Below are positions 27,049 through 36,749 of a stretch of DNA of 64,000 bases, in pieces. The position numbers and the translations under genes were made by a program. The notes beneath the pieces were generated by a model. It saw only the letters and a list, made by a program, of their open reading frames with translations, did no database searches and had not been told where the DNA came from. How positions within the stretch are numbered: position 1 is the first letter of the stretch; each line of letters starts with the position of its first letter. The stretch lies in the IMG/VR virus record IMGVR_UViG_3300027754_003462; one strand, written 5' to 3'. The stretch comes from a virus.

Positions 27049-28257
27049 TTAAGGTCTGTTGGTTGGCCACCTGGCCCGTACATTGTTTGCAGGCACTACA
27101 ATTCGTTCTAGTGCCACTGCTGGATCCCACTCTTCGCAGTACTTAGCACGATTCTTGCGTCCAACTGCTGAGTCTGGATCATAGTCAATCCAAGTAAACT
27201 CTGTGCCATCGCATTCGGGGCAATGGTCGTTGTAGTCATCGTCGGTGCGACGATCTTCACTCTTGCCTACCCAATCGCATTTCTTATTATCGCAACTAAT
27301 ATCTACAGGCTCTGGTGGTTGATTGACCCATGAACCGGTGTCCCAGTTGTATCCTGACCAAGTGACAATCTCTCCTGTAATAGGATTGAACTTGCCGTAT
27401 TCCCATTCCCCAAACTGTGTGCCATCCCAGTATGCTGTGCCATATGTTGTACCAGAGTGTCGCCATGTACAACTGTAATAGCCTGGGAGAGTGGGCTGGA
27501 CTTTCTTAAATTTAAATGTCTCAGATTTTTCCCAAGTGCTGGGACTTGATCCATGTGGAGGATGTCCCCAGTCCTTTTCTTCAGGCGCATAAGTTTCCCA
27601 GGTGTTGCTATCTATTACAAGATACATTCCAAAGTCACTACTTTTACCGTCTGTACTACCACCAAAGTTATCAATGTCTTCATCATCATAGGTCACGCTG
27701 TTGACCAGTTCCTCACCGTCAATGTCATCGTAGCCCAAAGTTAGTTTGGTAATATCAAAAGGTTGCGTAAGGTTGATTTCGCCTTCGAAGAATGTGCCTT
27801 TTTCATTGCTAGTACCGATGAACACCACTGTGCCAGCAGGCTTACTGCCAACCCAGGCTTCGTCATTGCATGACCATTCGGGGCTATCGTCACTGCCTCC
27901 ATCCATATCTTCTAATCTCCGTTCAAATACCACAGCACCAGTTTCATCTTCAATCTGTAGTGTGCCAGCATTACGGCTAACACCATTGGTGTGTGTCATA
28001 TCGTCACATTCGTACCATGAACCTGGGGGAAATGGTAGTCGATCTACATCTAAGCCCATATCATCTTGAACAGTTTCTTCATCGCTCCAGGCAATTTCAG
28101 ATAGGTCAACCTGGTGCTCCATGCAGTAGTCCCATACATCTCGTTCTACTGTGCCCATGACCTTTTCACCACCGTAGCCCCACATACTGACTTTGTAGGT
28201 TCTTGGAGTAAATTTCAAAACTTCAATGAGTTTTTGTTGTTCTTCAATGGTGGCCAT
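27049..28257 (-). CDS. hypothetical acidic protein (402 aa) with C-terminal Zn-ribbon-like Cys pairs
   Basis: Long ORF with GAGGA RBS; GYGGE, EKGTFF; CDNKKC/CPEC. Confidence 0.8.
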   Translation of the reverse strand: MATIEEQQKLIEVLKFTPRTYKVSMWGYGGEKVMGTVERDVWDYCMEHQVDLSEIAWSDEETVQDDMGLDVDRLPFPPGSWYECDDMTHTNGVSRNAGTLQIEDETGAVVFERRLEDMDGGSDDSPEWSCNDEAWVGSKPAGTVVFIGTSNEKGTFFEGEINLTQPFDITKLTLGYDDIDGEELVNSVTYDDEDIDNFGGSTDGKSSDFGMYLVIDSNTWETYAPEEKDWGHPPHGSSPSTWEKSETFKFKKVQPTLPGYYSCTWRHSGTTYGTAYWDGTQFGEWEYGKFNPITGEIVTWSGYNWDTGSWVNQPPEPVDISCDNKKCDWVGKSEDRRTDDDYNDHCPECDGTEFTWIDYDPDSAVGRKNRAKYCEEWDPAVALERIVVPANNVRARWPTNRP

Positions 28258-28258
28258 A

Positions 28259-28372
28259 TCAATCCTCTATTAAAAAATATCCCGAAGCAGGATAGTGTTG
28301 TTGTAACCATTCCAGGAGGCCTGGTTCCCATGGTAACTGTATTTCAAGATTTCTGGATGAGATACACATCAT
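28259..28372 (-). CDS. small hypothetical protein (37 aa)
   Basis: Fills a gap, ATGA-coupled; MMCISSRNLEIQLPWEPGLLEWLQQHYPASGYFLIED. Confidence 0.5.
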   Translation of the reverse strand: MMCISSRNLEIQLPWEPGLLEWLQQHYPASGYFLIED

Positions 28373-28827
28373 GCGTTTTCCTTCTTGGTCAGTTCGCATA
28401 CCAACAGGAATTGTTCGTATGCATGTTTTACACTTGCGTGTTTCATTAATTGATCTGCTTCTGTTTGTAATGCTTTCAATCCTGCTTCAGCAATGTCATG
28501 AGCACTGGCCCGAGATAGTGATCTAGCATCTTCGCCAAACACTTCAATCAAGTGATTCCAGGCCGCTATTTGCTCAGGTGTAAGAGGAGTACGACTTGGT
28601 TGTACTTCGCTGGCCTTGCGCAGAGCATCACACATGGCAAACTCAGCCACACGACTGGCCGCAAGCAGGGCCGCATGGTTGGGATTGATGTTGTAGCGTT
28701 TGCTTTGCCCGCCTGGGTAACACATCACAAGATGTGATCCTTTGGGAAAGGCATCAAACATGTCGTAGTCGTTTTCTGCCACAGGCACATATCTGCGACC
28801 ACGTTTTTCGTAGTAGATTTTTTTCAT
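28369..28827 (-). CDS. hypothetical phage protein (152 aa)
   Basis: ATGA-coupled ORF; YYEKRGRRYVPV. Confidence 0.8.
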   Translation of the reverse strand: MKKIYYEKRGRRYVPVAENDYDMFDAFPKGSHLVMCYPGGQSKRYNINPNHAALLAASRVAEFAMCDALRKASEVQPSRTPLTPEQIAAWNHLIEVFGEDARSLSRASAHDIAEAGLKALQTEADQLMKHASVKHAYEQFLLVCELTKKENA

Positions 28828-29264
28828 CTGTAACTCTTGTCCAGTTTGGTATTGGTCAAACCTGCAATGGTCTGGAACTGATCCCAGGCATCTTTCACTG
28901 CGGGACGGCTCATCATCTCAGAATCTGGTAGCACAGTTTCCAACCATATTTCAGGACGGCGAGTAGGCTTTACGCCAAACTTGCGTGGCTGGTGTAACTT
29001 ACCTGATTCCCAAAGTTCAATACTGACACTACGAAAACGATCTTCATCGTGATAGCCAGCCCATTCAGGATTGCTTTGACTGAAGAAGCCACGGCTGTAT
29101 GCATTGTCTGTGCCACCACCGTAGCCAACCCAGATGCCCCGCCACTGCTCATCATCATGCGGATCAAAATCCGTGCGAGTGATTAGTATAAGAACATCCG
29201 CAATGTCTACTGTACCATCCACAATATCACGGACACATCGACTGTAACTCAGTCCAATTTTCAT
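28824..29264 (-). CDS. hypothetical phage protein (146 aa)
   Basis: MKIGLSYSRCVRDI; GKLHQPR. Confidence 0.8.
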   Translation of the reverse strand: MKIGLSYSRCVRDIVDGTVDIADVLILITRTDFDPHDDEQWRGIWVGYGGGTDNAYSRGFFSQSNPEWAGYHDEDRFRSVSIELWESGKLHQPRKFGVKPTRRPEIWLETVLPDSEMMSRPAVKDAWDQFQTIAGLTNTKLDKSYR

Positions 29265-29380
29265 TTTTGCTCTGCTTTCTTTTCAATAGGCGGTGGAAAG
29301 TGCGGCTCGATCACATAGTGTGTGGCACTCCACCAACCAAATGCTGAGATAAAACCGTATAAAAATATTTCAACTATCAT
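29261..29380 (-). CDS. small membrane protein (39 aa)
   Basis: Fills a gap, ATGA-coupled; MIVEIFLYGFISAFGWWSATHYVIEPHFPPPIEKKAEQK. Confidence 0.5.
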   Translation of the reverse strand: MIVEIFLYGFISAFGWWSATHYVIEPHFPPPIEKKAEQK

Positions 29381-29609
29381 CTGTCATCCCCAGTGTCATA
29401 GGTGCATGATCCAATATGTCTTGACCATCTCGTTGATAAAAATATGCATCTGTATCGTCTATTGTGATACACAAGTCGCTGTGATGTATGTCGTAGTCCA
29501 CAAAGTTGTGTTCAGCATCATACACACGGAATACAATGGTTCCGTCAACTAGGTTTAACAAGTGTCCACGAACACCATTGGCTGTTTTTGATGTCATTTT
29601 TAATCTCAA
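29370..29609 (-). CDS. hypothetical protein (about 79 aa)
   Basis: ORF downstream of a TTGACA-type promoter near 29625-29656. Confidence 0.7.
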   Translation of the reverse strand: MRLKMTSKTANGVRGHLLNLVDGTIVFRVYDAEHNFVDYDIHHSDLCITIDDTDAYFYQRDGQDILDHAPMTLGMTDDS

Positions 29610-29658
29610 CTTATTTTTGATATACTATTATATGCTATTGCAATCAAGTTGTCAACCT

Positions 29659-30996
29659 TCAAAAAGTCCATTGTGTGACAGCATATCCGATGTTGTGCTG
29701 ATTGGTGGTGCTACCGCCGGTAAAAACCAAATTCCATTTGCCATCTATTTTAATCGGCAGTGCAACACCGTAATTTCCAACGGGTGTTATGTCAGTGTGT
29801 AGTGTTCTAAAATTATCTAATATTGTAGACACTTTAGATATGGCCTGTTGTGCGAATTGTCCAGTTCCATCGTTGATCCAGAATTGATTGCTGTTGTTGT
29901 TTTGCCAGGCGTTTACACTTCCTAGCCAAATATCAGGCTTGCCATCATTGTTAAAATCCATCACCTTGGGAGTATAACTGCTGAGAGTATTAGAATTATA
30001 AGTGCTGAATCCAGACGATTCCGTAAACACATAATTGCCCTGATTGATATACACCTGTACATAACTCTGTGGCGGTGATGTTCCAGCAAGGATCGCTGCC
30101 GAATTACTGGCACTCACTATCACAATATCAGGTCGCCCATCATTGTTGAAATCGGCCACCACGCAACTCACATCATGGCTGAGTTCTTGCGTGGTACTAT
30201 CTTTGTCAAAATATGATACAGGTAACGTAGCAACTTTTGTTAAGTTGTTGAATTCTGCATAGGTAGTATTGACTTCATAGATATATGTGTCTTGAATGGA
30301 GTCATACGAGTCTGTGAATACCAATTGACTGCGACCGGTATTGTTAAAGTCACCAGCACAAACTCCCGAAGCACCAGAATTTGAATATTTTCGATAAGTG
30401 AATATTCCACTGCCGCTGTTTATCCATGCTTGCCCTTGATTGCTGATCACGTCAAGATCACCGTCACTGTCTAGGTCCACTGCAACACTGGCATGTGCCG
30501 ATATAGGATCTGTTAAATCGTATCGCTGATGACTTTGGCCTTTACGACTTATAAAAACTGCGCTGGGATTGTTTGGTGTGCCTGGTTGATCAGTAAACCC
30601 TGGAAAAAATATGTCATCTATTCCATCATTGTTAAAGTCGGCTACCACAGGATACATAACAGAAAAAGAAAACTCCGAACCTAAAATAGCAACTGTTGCA
30701 TCCAGGGACGAGCCATCAGAATTGAGTTTGTAAATCTTTACTGGCGGCCCAGACAAATCGTTTACATACCATCCGCTGACAACTGCATACTTGCTACCAT
30801 CGCCAGCAAACTCACCAGACACCAGGGTTGGAATAAATGCAGACGAAGTTGAGCCAGTGGTACCGATTTTTGTTATCAGAATACTTGACGCCAATGCTGG
30901 TGTACTAGATCCAGAAGATCCTCCGCCACCGCCACCACCACCACCACAACCTGTTAGAGCCACTGCCAATGCAGAGATTACAAGTGCAAGTTTCAT
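29659..30996 (-). CDS. FG-GAP/VCBS-repeat lipoprotein
   Basis: Lipobox LTGC followed by poly-Gly; repeated DFNNDG.DD/DLDSDGDLD Ca-binding motifs. Confidence 0.88.
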   Translation of the reverse strand: MKLALVISALAVALTGCGGGGGGGGGSSGSSTPALASSILITKIGTTGSTSSAFIPTLVSGEFAGDGSKYAVVSGWYVNDLSGPPVKIYKLNSDGSSLDATVAILGSEFSFSVMYPVVADFNNDGIDDIFFPGFTDQPGTPNNPSAVFISRKGQSHQRYDLTDPISAHASVAVDLDSDGDLDVISNQGQAWINSGSGIFTYRKYSNSGASGVCAGDFNNTGRSQLVFTDSYDSIQDTYIYEVNTTYAEFNNLTKVATLPVSYFDKDSTTQELSHDVSCVVADFNNDGRPDIVIVSASNSAAILAGTSPPQSYVQVYINQGNYVFTESSGFSTYNSNTLSSYTPKVMDFNNDGKPDIWLGSVNAWQNNNSNQFWINDGTGQFAQQAISKVSTILDNFRTLHTDITPVGNYGVALPIKIDGKWNLVFTGGSTTNQHNIGYAVTQWTF

Positions 30997-31005
30997 ACAA
31001 CTCCT

Positions 31006-31203
31006 TTAGTTTCTATCAACCTTTACACAGATATATCCAGTTCGTTTGTCTTGTTTATGACTTAATCTCTTTTGTTCTTGACGGCAAGTGTTCCATGAAT
31101 TGTAATAATCCAAAGGTTGATATTCTAAAGTTAGAGGTCCGCCCAATGGGCTCTGTACTATCATGACTGCCACTAGCACTATTTCATACAAGGGTATCAT
31201 CAA
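31006..31203 (-). CDS. small hypothetical protein
   Basis: ATGA coupling to the ligase gene; hydrophobic N-terminus, two Cys. Confidence 0.65.
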   Translation of the reverse strand: MMIPLYEIVLVAVMIVQSPLGGPLTLEYQPLDYYNSWNTCRQEQKRLSHKQDKRTGYICVKVDRN

Positions 31204-32573
31204 ACTTTTTCTCCTGCGTCAAAGTCTCGGAATCTCAAGAATCTCGGGAATCGGAGACTGTAGGTTCCGTCTTGATTTTGGGTGACTGCGTCCGCTTGGA
31301 CTTCAACCAGGTGACCAAGTAACTGATCCCTACTGGTCCAATACTCATCACGAACAGTATCGCTAAAGCCAGTACCAACATTAACACAAATTCTACGGTC
31401 ATTGTCTTCTCCTTCACATATTATAGCACCCAACCGGCCAGCATTGCGACCAGTTCCTTCTTCAAAACCCACTATATTGAGATCAACTGAGATAGTGGGT
31501 TTCCATTTCATCCAAAAGTCACTGCGTTTGCACTCATAAGGTGCATCCAGGCTCTTGATCATGATGCCTTCAAAGCCTTGGGCCACAGCGTCTTGAGCAA
31601 AACGGTTCATGATGTCATGACCTTCTGCTGTGTCCAAATCCACATCCAGGCCGTTCATGATTCTCAAGCAAGGTGTTTCCAACAAGCGATCTCGAGCACT
31701 CTCAATCCACTCAATGCGTTTGTACTGTTGTATGTTACAATGACCTTCTTGCAATGAATCTAATGGAAGGATATCAAAAATGTGATACACCATGCCTTCG
31801 GTTCGGGCATCACTCTTGCGATGTGCTTGCTTCATGAGTTTCTGGAAACTCTCGCCCACAATCTCGCCGTCCAATACAAAACGTCCGCCTGTGCCACGAC
31901 CCCATTGAAAGTGCTTGCGGGCATCTTCAATGGCATCTGCAATCTGTGGAAAGTTTGCAAACTCTTTGCCATTGCGACTGAACAAGGAGACATTACTGCC
32001 GTCGACCACTGCCAGTACCCGCACACCATCCAGTTTGACTTCCAGGCGTTTGATGCCTTTGAGTTTTTTGGGTTGGTCTGTGGAGTCTTGTGCCAGTTGA
32101 CAAGTAAACACAGGAATCTTGTATTCTGTTTTACCTAGTACTTTGTTTAGTGTTTTCTCTGAGATGCCACAACGCAGATCTTTGATCATCACACGGCGAG
32201 CCAAGTTGTTCCACTCGTCTGAGTCAAACTGTTGACTCATCGATTCAATGGCTTCTCTAGCACGATTACCTGTGGTAGACCTTGTGCGTAGGGCTTCCAG
32301 TAACCCCCAAAATTTTGTCCAAGGGTTGGGCCTATCAGTCAGTCCCTCGGTTTCGGGTACCTGACGGATGTTAAAAGTGTAGAAAGGATTGTAGGCCTGG
32401 TAACAATTAAAGAGAAAACATTGTGCATCGGCACTGCCCAGTTTGGCGGCCATCAGGGCTTTTTCAATGGTTTTTTCTTTGTGTATGCGACTGTCTGAAC
32501 TTTCTAGATCACGGATCCATCCAGCCGCCACTATGCTGTCAAACCTTTCGTTTGAGAAGTCTGTTTCATTCAT
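31200..32573 (-). CDS. ATP-dependent DNA ligase
   Basis: EVKLDGVR (KxDG), LDGE, FD, EGIMIK, WMKWK, SLRFPRF. Confidence 0.95.
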   Translation of the reverse strand: MNETDFSNERFDSIVAAGWIRDLESSDSRIHKEKTIEKALMAAKLGSADAQCFLFNCYQAYNPFYTFNIRQVPETEGLTDRPNPWTKFWGLLEALRTRSTTGNRAREAIESMSQQFDSDEWNNLARRVMIKDLRCGISEKTLNKVLGKTEYKIPVFTCQLAQDSTDQPKKLKGIKRLEVKLDGVRVLAVVDGSNVSLFSRNGKEFANFPQIADAIEDARKHFQWGRGTGGRFVLDGEIVGESFQKLMKQAHRKSDARTEGMVYHIFDILPLDSLQEGHCNIQQYKRIEWIESARDRLLETPCLRIMNGLDVDLDTAEGHDIMNRFAQDAVAQGFEGIMIKSLDAPYECKRSDFWMKWKPTISVDLNIVGFEEGTGRNAGRLGAIICEGEDNDRRICVNVGTGFSDTVRDEYWTSRDQLLGHLVEVQADAVTQNQDGTYSLRFPRFLRFRDFDAGEKV

Positions 32574-32585
32574 ATATTTAAGTGG

Positions 32586-32942
32586 TTACCACGATGAGTT
32601 ATAAAACACTTTAAGTCCCATGAACAATTCTGCTCGGGCTTTCTTGATGAATTCAAGATCTTGTTCTTTGTAAAAGTCATCTGACTCGTTGCCAAAAAAG
32701 AATCCCTGCGTACTCGGCAGTTGGCTATGTGTTACTGCACGTTCCAGTTCATCCAGATCCTCCCAGGTGAGTTCCAGTTCAACACCGTTGAATGAGCCGT
32801 ACTCTACATTTTTAGATTTGGCAAGTCGTTCCATCCAACCATGTAGATTAGGATGTTTACGCCAGTAGGCAATTTCACGTTGACCAGTTTCGTAATCTGC
32901 CTGTTCTTTGGCGGCAGTGTATGCATACATGTCGAGACCCAT
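32586..32942 (-). CDS. conserved hypothetical phage protein
   Basis: MGLDMY..AYWRKHPNLHGW..GFFFG..YNSSW. Confidence 0.85.
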   Translation of the reverse strand: MGLDMYAYTAAKEQADYETGQREIAYWRKHPNLHGWMERLAKSKNVEYGSFNGVELELTWEDLDELERAVTHSQLPSTQGFFFGNESDDFYKEQDLEFIKKARAELFMGLKVFYNSSW

Positions 32943-33097
32943 TACTCTACTCCTTGTTGATGTCTATATTCACGTTTGAGCCAAAATTTATATTGGAGAA
33001 AATATTCCTGTGCGGTTAACTGTGGTTCAAGCCCGTAACTGATCAGTTCGTCCACGTGCTCGTACCACTTTTCTCTGCACCAAGAACGAAAGTTCAT
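32942..33097 (-). CDS. small hypothetical protein (51 aa)
   Basis: Coupled at both ends; MNFRSWCREKWYEH...YKFWLKREYR. Confidence 0.6.
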   Translation of the reverse strand: MNFRSWCREKWYEHVDELISYGLEPQLTAQEYFLQYKFWLKREYRHQQGVE

Positions 33098-33405
33098 GCT
33101 GTCACCATCTGTCCTTCAACTATCTCCAACATATTGGCCGGGATCTTCCACAAGCCACCGTCTCTGTCATTACGAACTGTGACATACTTGATAGCAATCT
33201 TCTTAACTGTGCCTGTGGCACCTGCGGGGTTCTTGCTACTGACCCAACGCACTCGAACGCCCACGTCCAGACTACGTTTGACCTGCTTGCGAAGACTGAT
33301 CTGATTAAAACGAATGGCATCAGCCATGCTACGAAGTTCCACATCGGTCCACGTGCCAAACATGATAGCAGAGTTAACTTGCTGAATTGATGAGAGTTTT
33401 TCCAT
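33094..33405 (-). CDS. hypothetical early protein (SH3-like C-terminus)
   Basis: AGGAG RBS and own promoter at 33436-33464. Confidence 0.8.
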   Translation of the reverse strand: MEKLSSIQQVNSAIMFGTWTDVELRSMADAIRFNQISLRKQVKRSLDVGVRVRWVSSKNPAGATGTVKKIAIKYVTVRNDRDGGLWKIPANMLEIVEGQMVTA

Positions 33406-33411
33406 CTTGGG

Positions 33412-33464
33412 CTCCTGTTAAGTTTCTATACAAGTATTATAACAAATTGGGAATATTCGGTCAA
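33412..33464 (-). promoter_or_regulatory. early promoter plus conserved leader
   Basis: TTGACC-N17-TATAAT-ACTTGTATAGAAACT..AGGAG. Confidence 0.85.
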
Positions 33465-33619
33465 TCAACGTAATAGTGTACGGCCTGTGAGAGTGCAGAC
33501 AACTTGTCCATGATGTCCCTATACACTTGACCACATTCGGCCAGTTGATCACCACTACAGGTTGCTTCGTCTATCATGGTTTCAACTTCACTAAGTTTAG
33601 CAAGAATTGCATCACGCAT
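33461..33619 (-). CDS. small hypothetical early protein (52 aa)
   Basis: Not in track; AAGGAG RBS; MRDAILAKLSEVETMIDEATC... Confidence 0.65.
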   Translation of the reverse strand: MRDAILAKLSEVETMIDEATCSGDQLAECGQVYRDIMDKLSALSQAVHYYVD

Positions 33620-33625
33620 CTCTGA

Positions 33626-33730
33626 CTCCTTTTTAGTTTCTATACAAGTATTATAGCAAAAACTCGATTATTGGTCAACCAAAAAAAAGCCCCGCAAACT
33701 TGCAGGGCTTTTACAGTACTAAAGTACTAC
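33626..33730 (-). promoter_or_regulatory. early promoter, leader, terminator-like hairpin and dyad
   Basis: -10 at 33650-33655, -35 at 33673-33678; hairpin ~33686-33711; AGTACT-AA-AGTACT within 33713-33730. Confidence 0.8.
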
Positions 33731-33733
33731 TTT

Positions 33734-34276
33734 TTAGAAACCACGTGTGTATGCTACTGCAACAACCTTTTGGTTGCTGTCGCCTTGCACACGGTCATAC
33801 TTGACAGCAACGGTATCATTCTTGCTTAATGCATAAGCCAATGAATAACGGGCTGTGTGAGTTTGATCATTGTTTGCACTATCAAATGCACTTCTCCAAC
33901 GGAAACCAACTTTGGCAGTTAAACCTGCAACACCTGGAACGGCGGCAGCGATACCTGGCTCAATTGAGTAGTATGAAAAGTCAGCAGTATTACTATACTT
34001 TTGACCATATGCGGCACGAGCATACAATCCAACTGGACCGTTAACTGTAGCGCCTGCTTCCAAGCGTGTGCTCAGAGCATTGGTACCTTCAGTCTGTGCA
34101 TTCGAAAATGCTAAGTCGCCAGCGAACCCGCTGAATTCTTTCTTAACGCCCAAAACGTATTGTTGTTGTGCGGCGGCACCTGCGTTGTTAATGCGTTGGC
34201 CTTCAACAGTAAAACTGTCGGCTGCAAATGCAGTACCTGTGATGGCCAAAGCCAAAATTGCGAAGATTTTCTTCAT
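33734..34276 (-). CDS. small outer-membrane beta-barrel (porin-like) protein
   Basis: Signal peptide ending AFA; alternating amphipathic strands; C-terminal Y-x-x-x-F BAM signal (AYTRGF). Confidence 0.8.
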   Translation of the reverse strand: MKKIFAILALAITGTAFAADSFTVEGQRINNAGAAAQQQYVLGVKKEFSGFAGDLAFSNAQTEGTNALSTRLEAGATVNGPVGLYARAAYGQKYSNTADFSYYSIEPGIAAAVPGVAGLTAKVGFRWRSAFDSANNDQTHTARYSLAYALSKNDTVAVKYDRVQGDSNQKVVAVAYTRGF

Positions 34277-34379
34277 TTAGTTTTTTCCTTTTAAAAGTAG
34301 AATGACATAGTCAATCTGTATTATATATGCGTAGTTGTATTAAGTCAATACAAAATCAACCTCAAAATAGCCAATTTGA

Positions 34380-36467
34380 TCATGTAACTGGGTCGATTGC
34401 TGGAATTGGTGTCACTATCGGAGCACTAGGTATTTGATTGGTATTGTACAGACCAGCCGCATTCAATCTTGCATTATTGCGACCTTCACGCATGGCACCC
34501 ACAATGGCCTGCCCACCTAGAATCGTGGTATCTGCAAGATTTTCTAAAAACTCAGCCGCATCTCCTGCGGCGGTGAGTAATCCGTAATTGGGCAAGTTTT
34601 GTACAAAGGCAATCACACTGTTCTTGTTACCAGGTTGCAAAAGGAAATAGTCAATACCGGCCTGACTTGTGTACTTGGCACTCAGGTTCATTAGATTGGC
34701 CATATACGTCCATGCTGTGTTCAGAGTGATCACATAAGGACTTGCACTAAGTGCGGCAATAGCCGAGTTGGCGTTGCTAATTTGTGTAATGACTCCAGCA
34801 TCATTAACAGCCGACAAGATATTTACGTATGCTGTGTTAAGTGTGGCAAGGCTGCCTGCGGTCTGTAATGCATTGATTGCTGTGGTGGCTGTGTTCAATT
34901 GTGCGGCAAAGTTGTTGCTATCAAGTGCTAGTCCTAGTACATCACTAGTGGTAATAGTCCCACAAGGCCCGGTTCCAGTGGCAAATGCACTGGCAATATA
35001 ATCAGTCACACTCGAATCTACCGGGGCAGTTTGTTCTTGTATCAATGGTAAATCGGCCATGGTACTAAGACCACCCAATTTGGTAGGGCTCCAAAAATTT
35101 TCATCGTCAATATCAGTACCTGGCGGAACAATAAAAGTTGCAAGAGTACAGCCTGGAGACTTTGCACGATAATATTGAGGAGTAGAGGACGGGTTAGCAG
35201 GAGTAGGGGACGGAGTTATACTTACAACATCGTTAGGCAAGTATTCTTGTGTAATGTCCCAAGGATTGTCAGTGTTACCTAATACTGTTTCGGCCAACCG
35301 TGGTAACGTTGTATTGGGTATGTTATTGATTTGTTGCAGTGCCACTTGAATGGCTTTGTTGGCCGTGGCCTGAGCAGGTGGAATAATCTTGCCCAGTTCA
35401 TCACAACCTGACGCTGTGGGCAAGTAACTGTTGACTATGGGAGTGATGTTTGAATTTACTGCACCAGTTGAGTTGAAAATAGGCACAGCACCATCAGGGC
35501 TGGGTGTTTGCAATGATGCATAACTCAGTGGGAACATGATCACAGGATTCAACAAGTCATCAAGGCTGTCAATATTAGGGGTAGTCACTCCCAGTATGTC
35601 TAAAGTTTGATTGAGGGCATCACCTGATATCATAGTTGTGGCATTGTACGCCAACAACTGTAGTTTATCAAATTCATTTTGTGTAAGGCCTGTGGGATTG
35701 TTTAGACCCACACGATTATCGTTCACCAGGTCAGCAATGTTGCCAGCAGACAGGCCCATACTGATCATGGCATTTTGTAGATCAGGAATTGTGCGTCCTC
35801 GAATGCCGGCCAATGCAGATATTTGTTGTACAAGGCCAGCCGGAGTGCCATACAAATCCAACTTGCTTGTGTTCCAAAGATTGCCTTGGTTGGCTAGATC
35901 AACTCCAAAACTAGGTAAGTCAGTAGTCATACTGGCTATGTTACCTGTTACTAGATCATCCATATTAGTAAACAAGGGACCAAGATACTCATTGGCGTTT
36001 ACTGAACTGTTTATATATTGATTAATTGTGTTAATATATCCTTGCATGGCCACAAAGCCTTGACCGAACTCGCCAGCATCACCATTACCGAGATAGGCCG
36101 CACATGTTTGTTCTATCAAGTTTGAAAATCCCGAAGGATCAATTGTAGATCCGTCGGCGGCGCCAAGATAGTTGATTAGATATTCGCTATTCAAATAAGG
36201 ATAACTGCCTACGGGAGTTTCTGGTATGCTGTTGCCCAGTGCTGGACATACTGTGGCACCAATGCTCAACAAACTGGTCAATGTAGATTGTGTGGCAAAA
36301 CTCTGTGCTTTGTAAAAACTCACCGCCGCAAGAAAGTTACTGATTACTGTGGTAGCATTGAAAGACTGAATAGCAGTGGCCAATGCGGCCGGAAACGGTT
36401 TTAGTCCTTGATTTTGCAACAAGGACACAGCGGCGGTTAATTGTAACGGACTGAGAATACTGGGCAT
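34380..36467 (-). CDS. probable virion/baseplate structural protein (695 aa)
   Basis: TAATG-coupled to the PAAR gene; Ala/Thr/Asn-rich. Confidence 0.65.
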   Translation of the reverse strand: MPSILSPLQLTAAVSLLQNQGLKPFPAALATAIQSFNATTVISNFLAAVSFYKAQSFATQSTLTSLLSIGATVCPALGNSIPETPVGSYPYLNSEYLINYLGAADGSTIDPSGFSNLIEQTCAAYLGNGDAGEFGQGFVAMQGYINTINQYINSSVNANEYLGPLFTNMDDLVTGNIASMTTDLPSFGVDLANQGNLWNTSKLDLYGTPAGLVQQISALAGIRGRTIPDLQNAMISMGLSAGNIADLVNDNRVGLNNPTGLTQNEFDKLQLLAYNATTMISGDALNQTLDILGVTTPNIDSLDDLLNPVIMFPLSYASLQTPSPDGAVPIFNSTGAVNSNITPIVNSYLPTASGCDELGKIIPPAQATANKAIQVALQQINNIPNTTLPRLAETVLGNTDNPWDITQEYLPNDVVSITPSPTPANPSSTPQYYRAKSPGCTLATFIVPPGTDIDDENFWSPTKLGGLSTMADLPLIQEQTAPVDSSVTDYIASAFATGTGPCGTITTSDVLGLALDSNNFAAQLNTATTAINALQTAGSLATLNTAYVNILSAVNDAGVITQISNANSAIAALSASPYVITLNTAWTYMANLMNLSAKYTSQAGIDYFLLQPGNKNSVIAFVQNLPNYGLLTAAGDAAEFLENLADTTILGGQAIVGAMREGRNNARLNAAGLYNTNQIPSAPIVTPIPAIDPVT

Positions 36468-36748
36468 TATCCTGCCCTTACGTCAGCACTACCACCAGCA
36501 CGAGCATGTCCACAAGTGTCTGAACAACCAGCAGTAACAACGGGAACACCACCGGCTCGAACAGTGCCACTTCCTCCTGTGGTGCTGGCAGACGCATGTG
36601 GTGGGTGTGGTCGTCCCCAAGGTGCATGGGCACTCACAGGATTTCCGTTCACAGTAACAGGACTACCATTCACACGTACAGAGGCAACACCGCCGGAGAC
36701 CACACCCCCTGCGCCATTTGCATCACCATCTCGTTGTACTGCTGGCAT
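36467..36748 (-). CDS. PAAR-repeat baseplate spike tip (gp5.4-like)
   Basis: RDGD, VRVNG.PV, H...H, GS.TVRAGG, CGH. Confidence 0.88.
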   Translation of the reverse strand: MPAVQRDGDANGAGGVVSGGVASVRVNGSPVTVNGNPVSAHAPWGRPHPPHASASTTGGSGTVRAGGVPVVTAGCSDTCGHARAGGSADVRAG

Positions 36749-36749
36749 G

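Noticed and set aside
30920-30950. (CCA/CCG)n microsatellite as a phase-variation tract
   Set aside because: It is a triplet repeat encoding the poly-Gly linker after a lipobox; length change would not shift the frame.
313-33730. Repeated intergenic sequences as a CRISPR array or IS ends
   Set aside because: Copies are dispersed, not regularly spaced, and coincide with -35/-10/RBS elements; no cas or transposase gene is seen.
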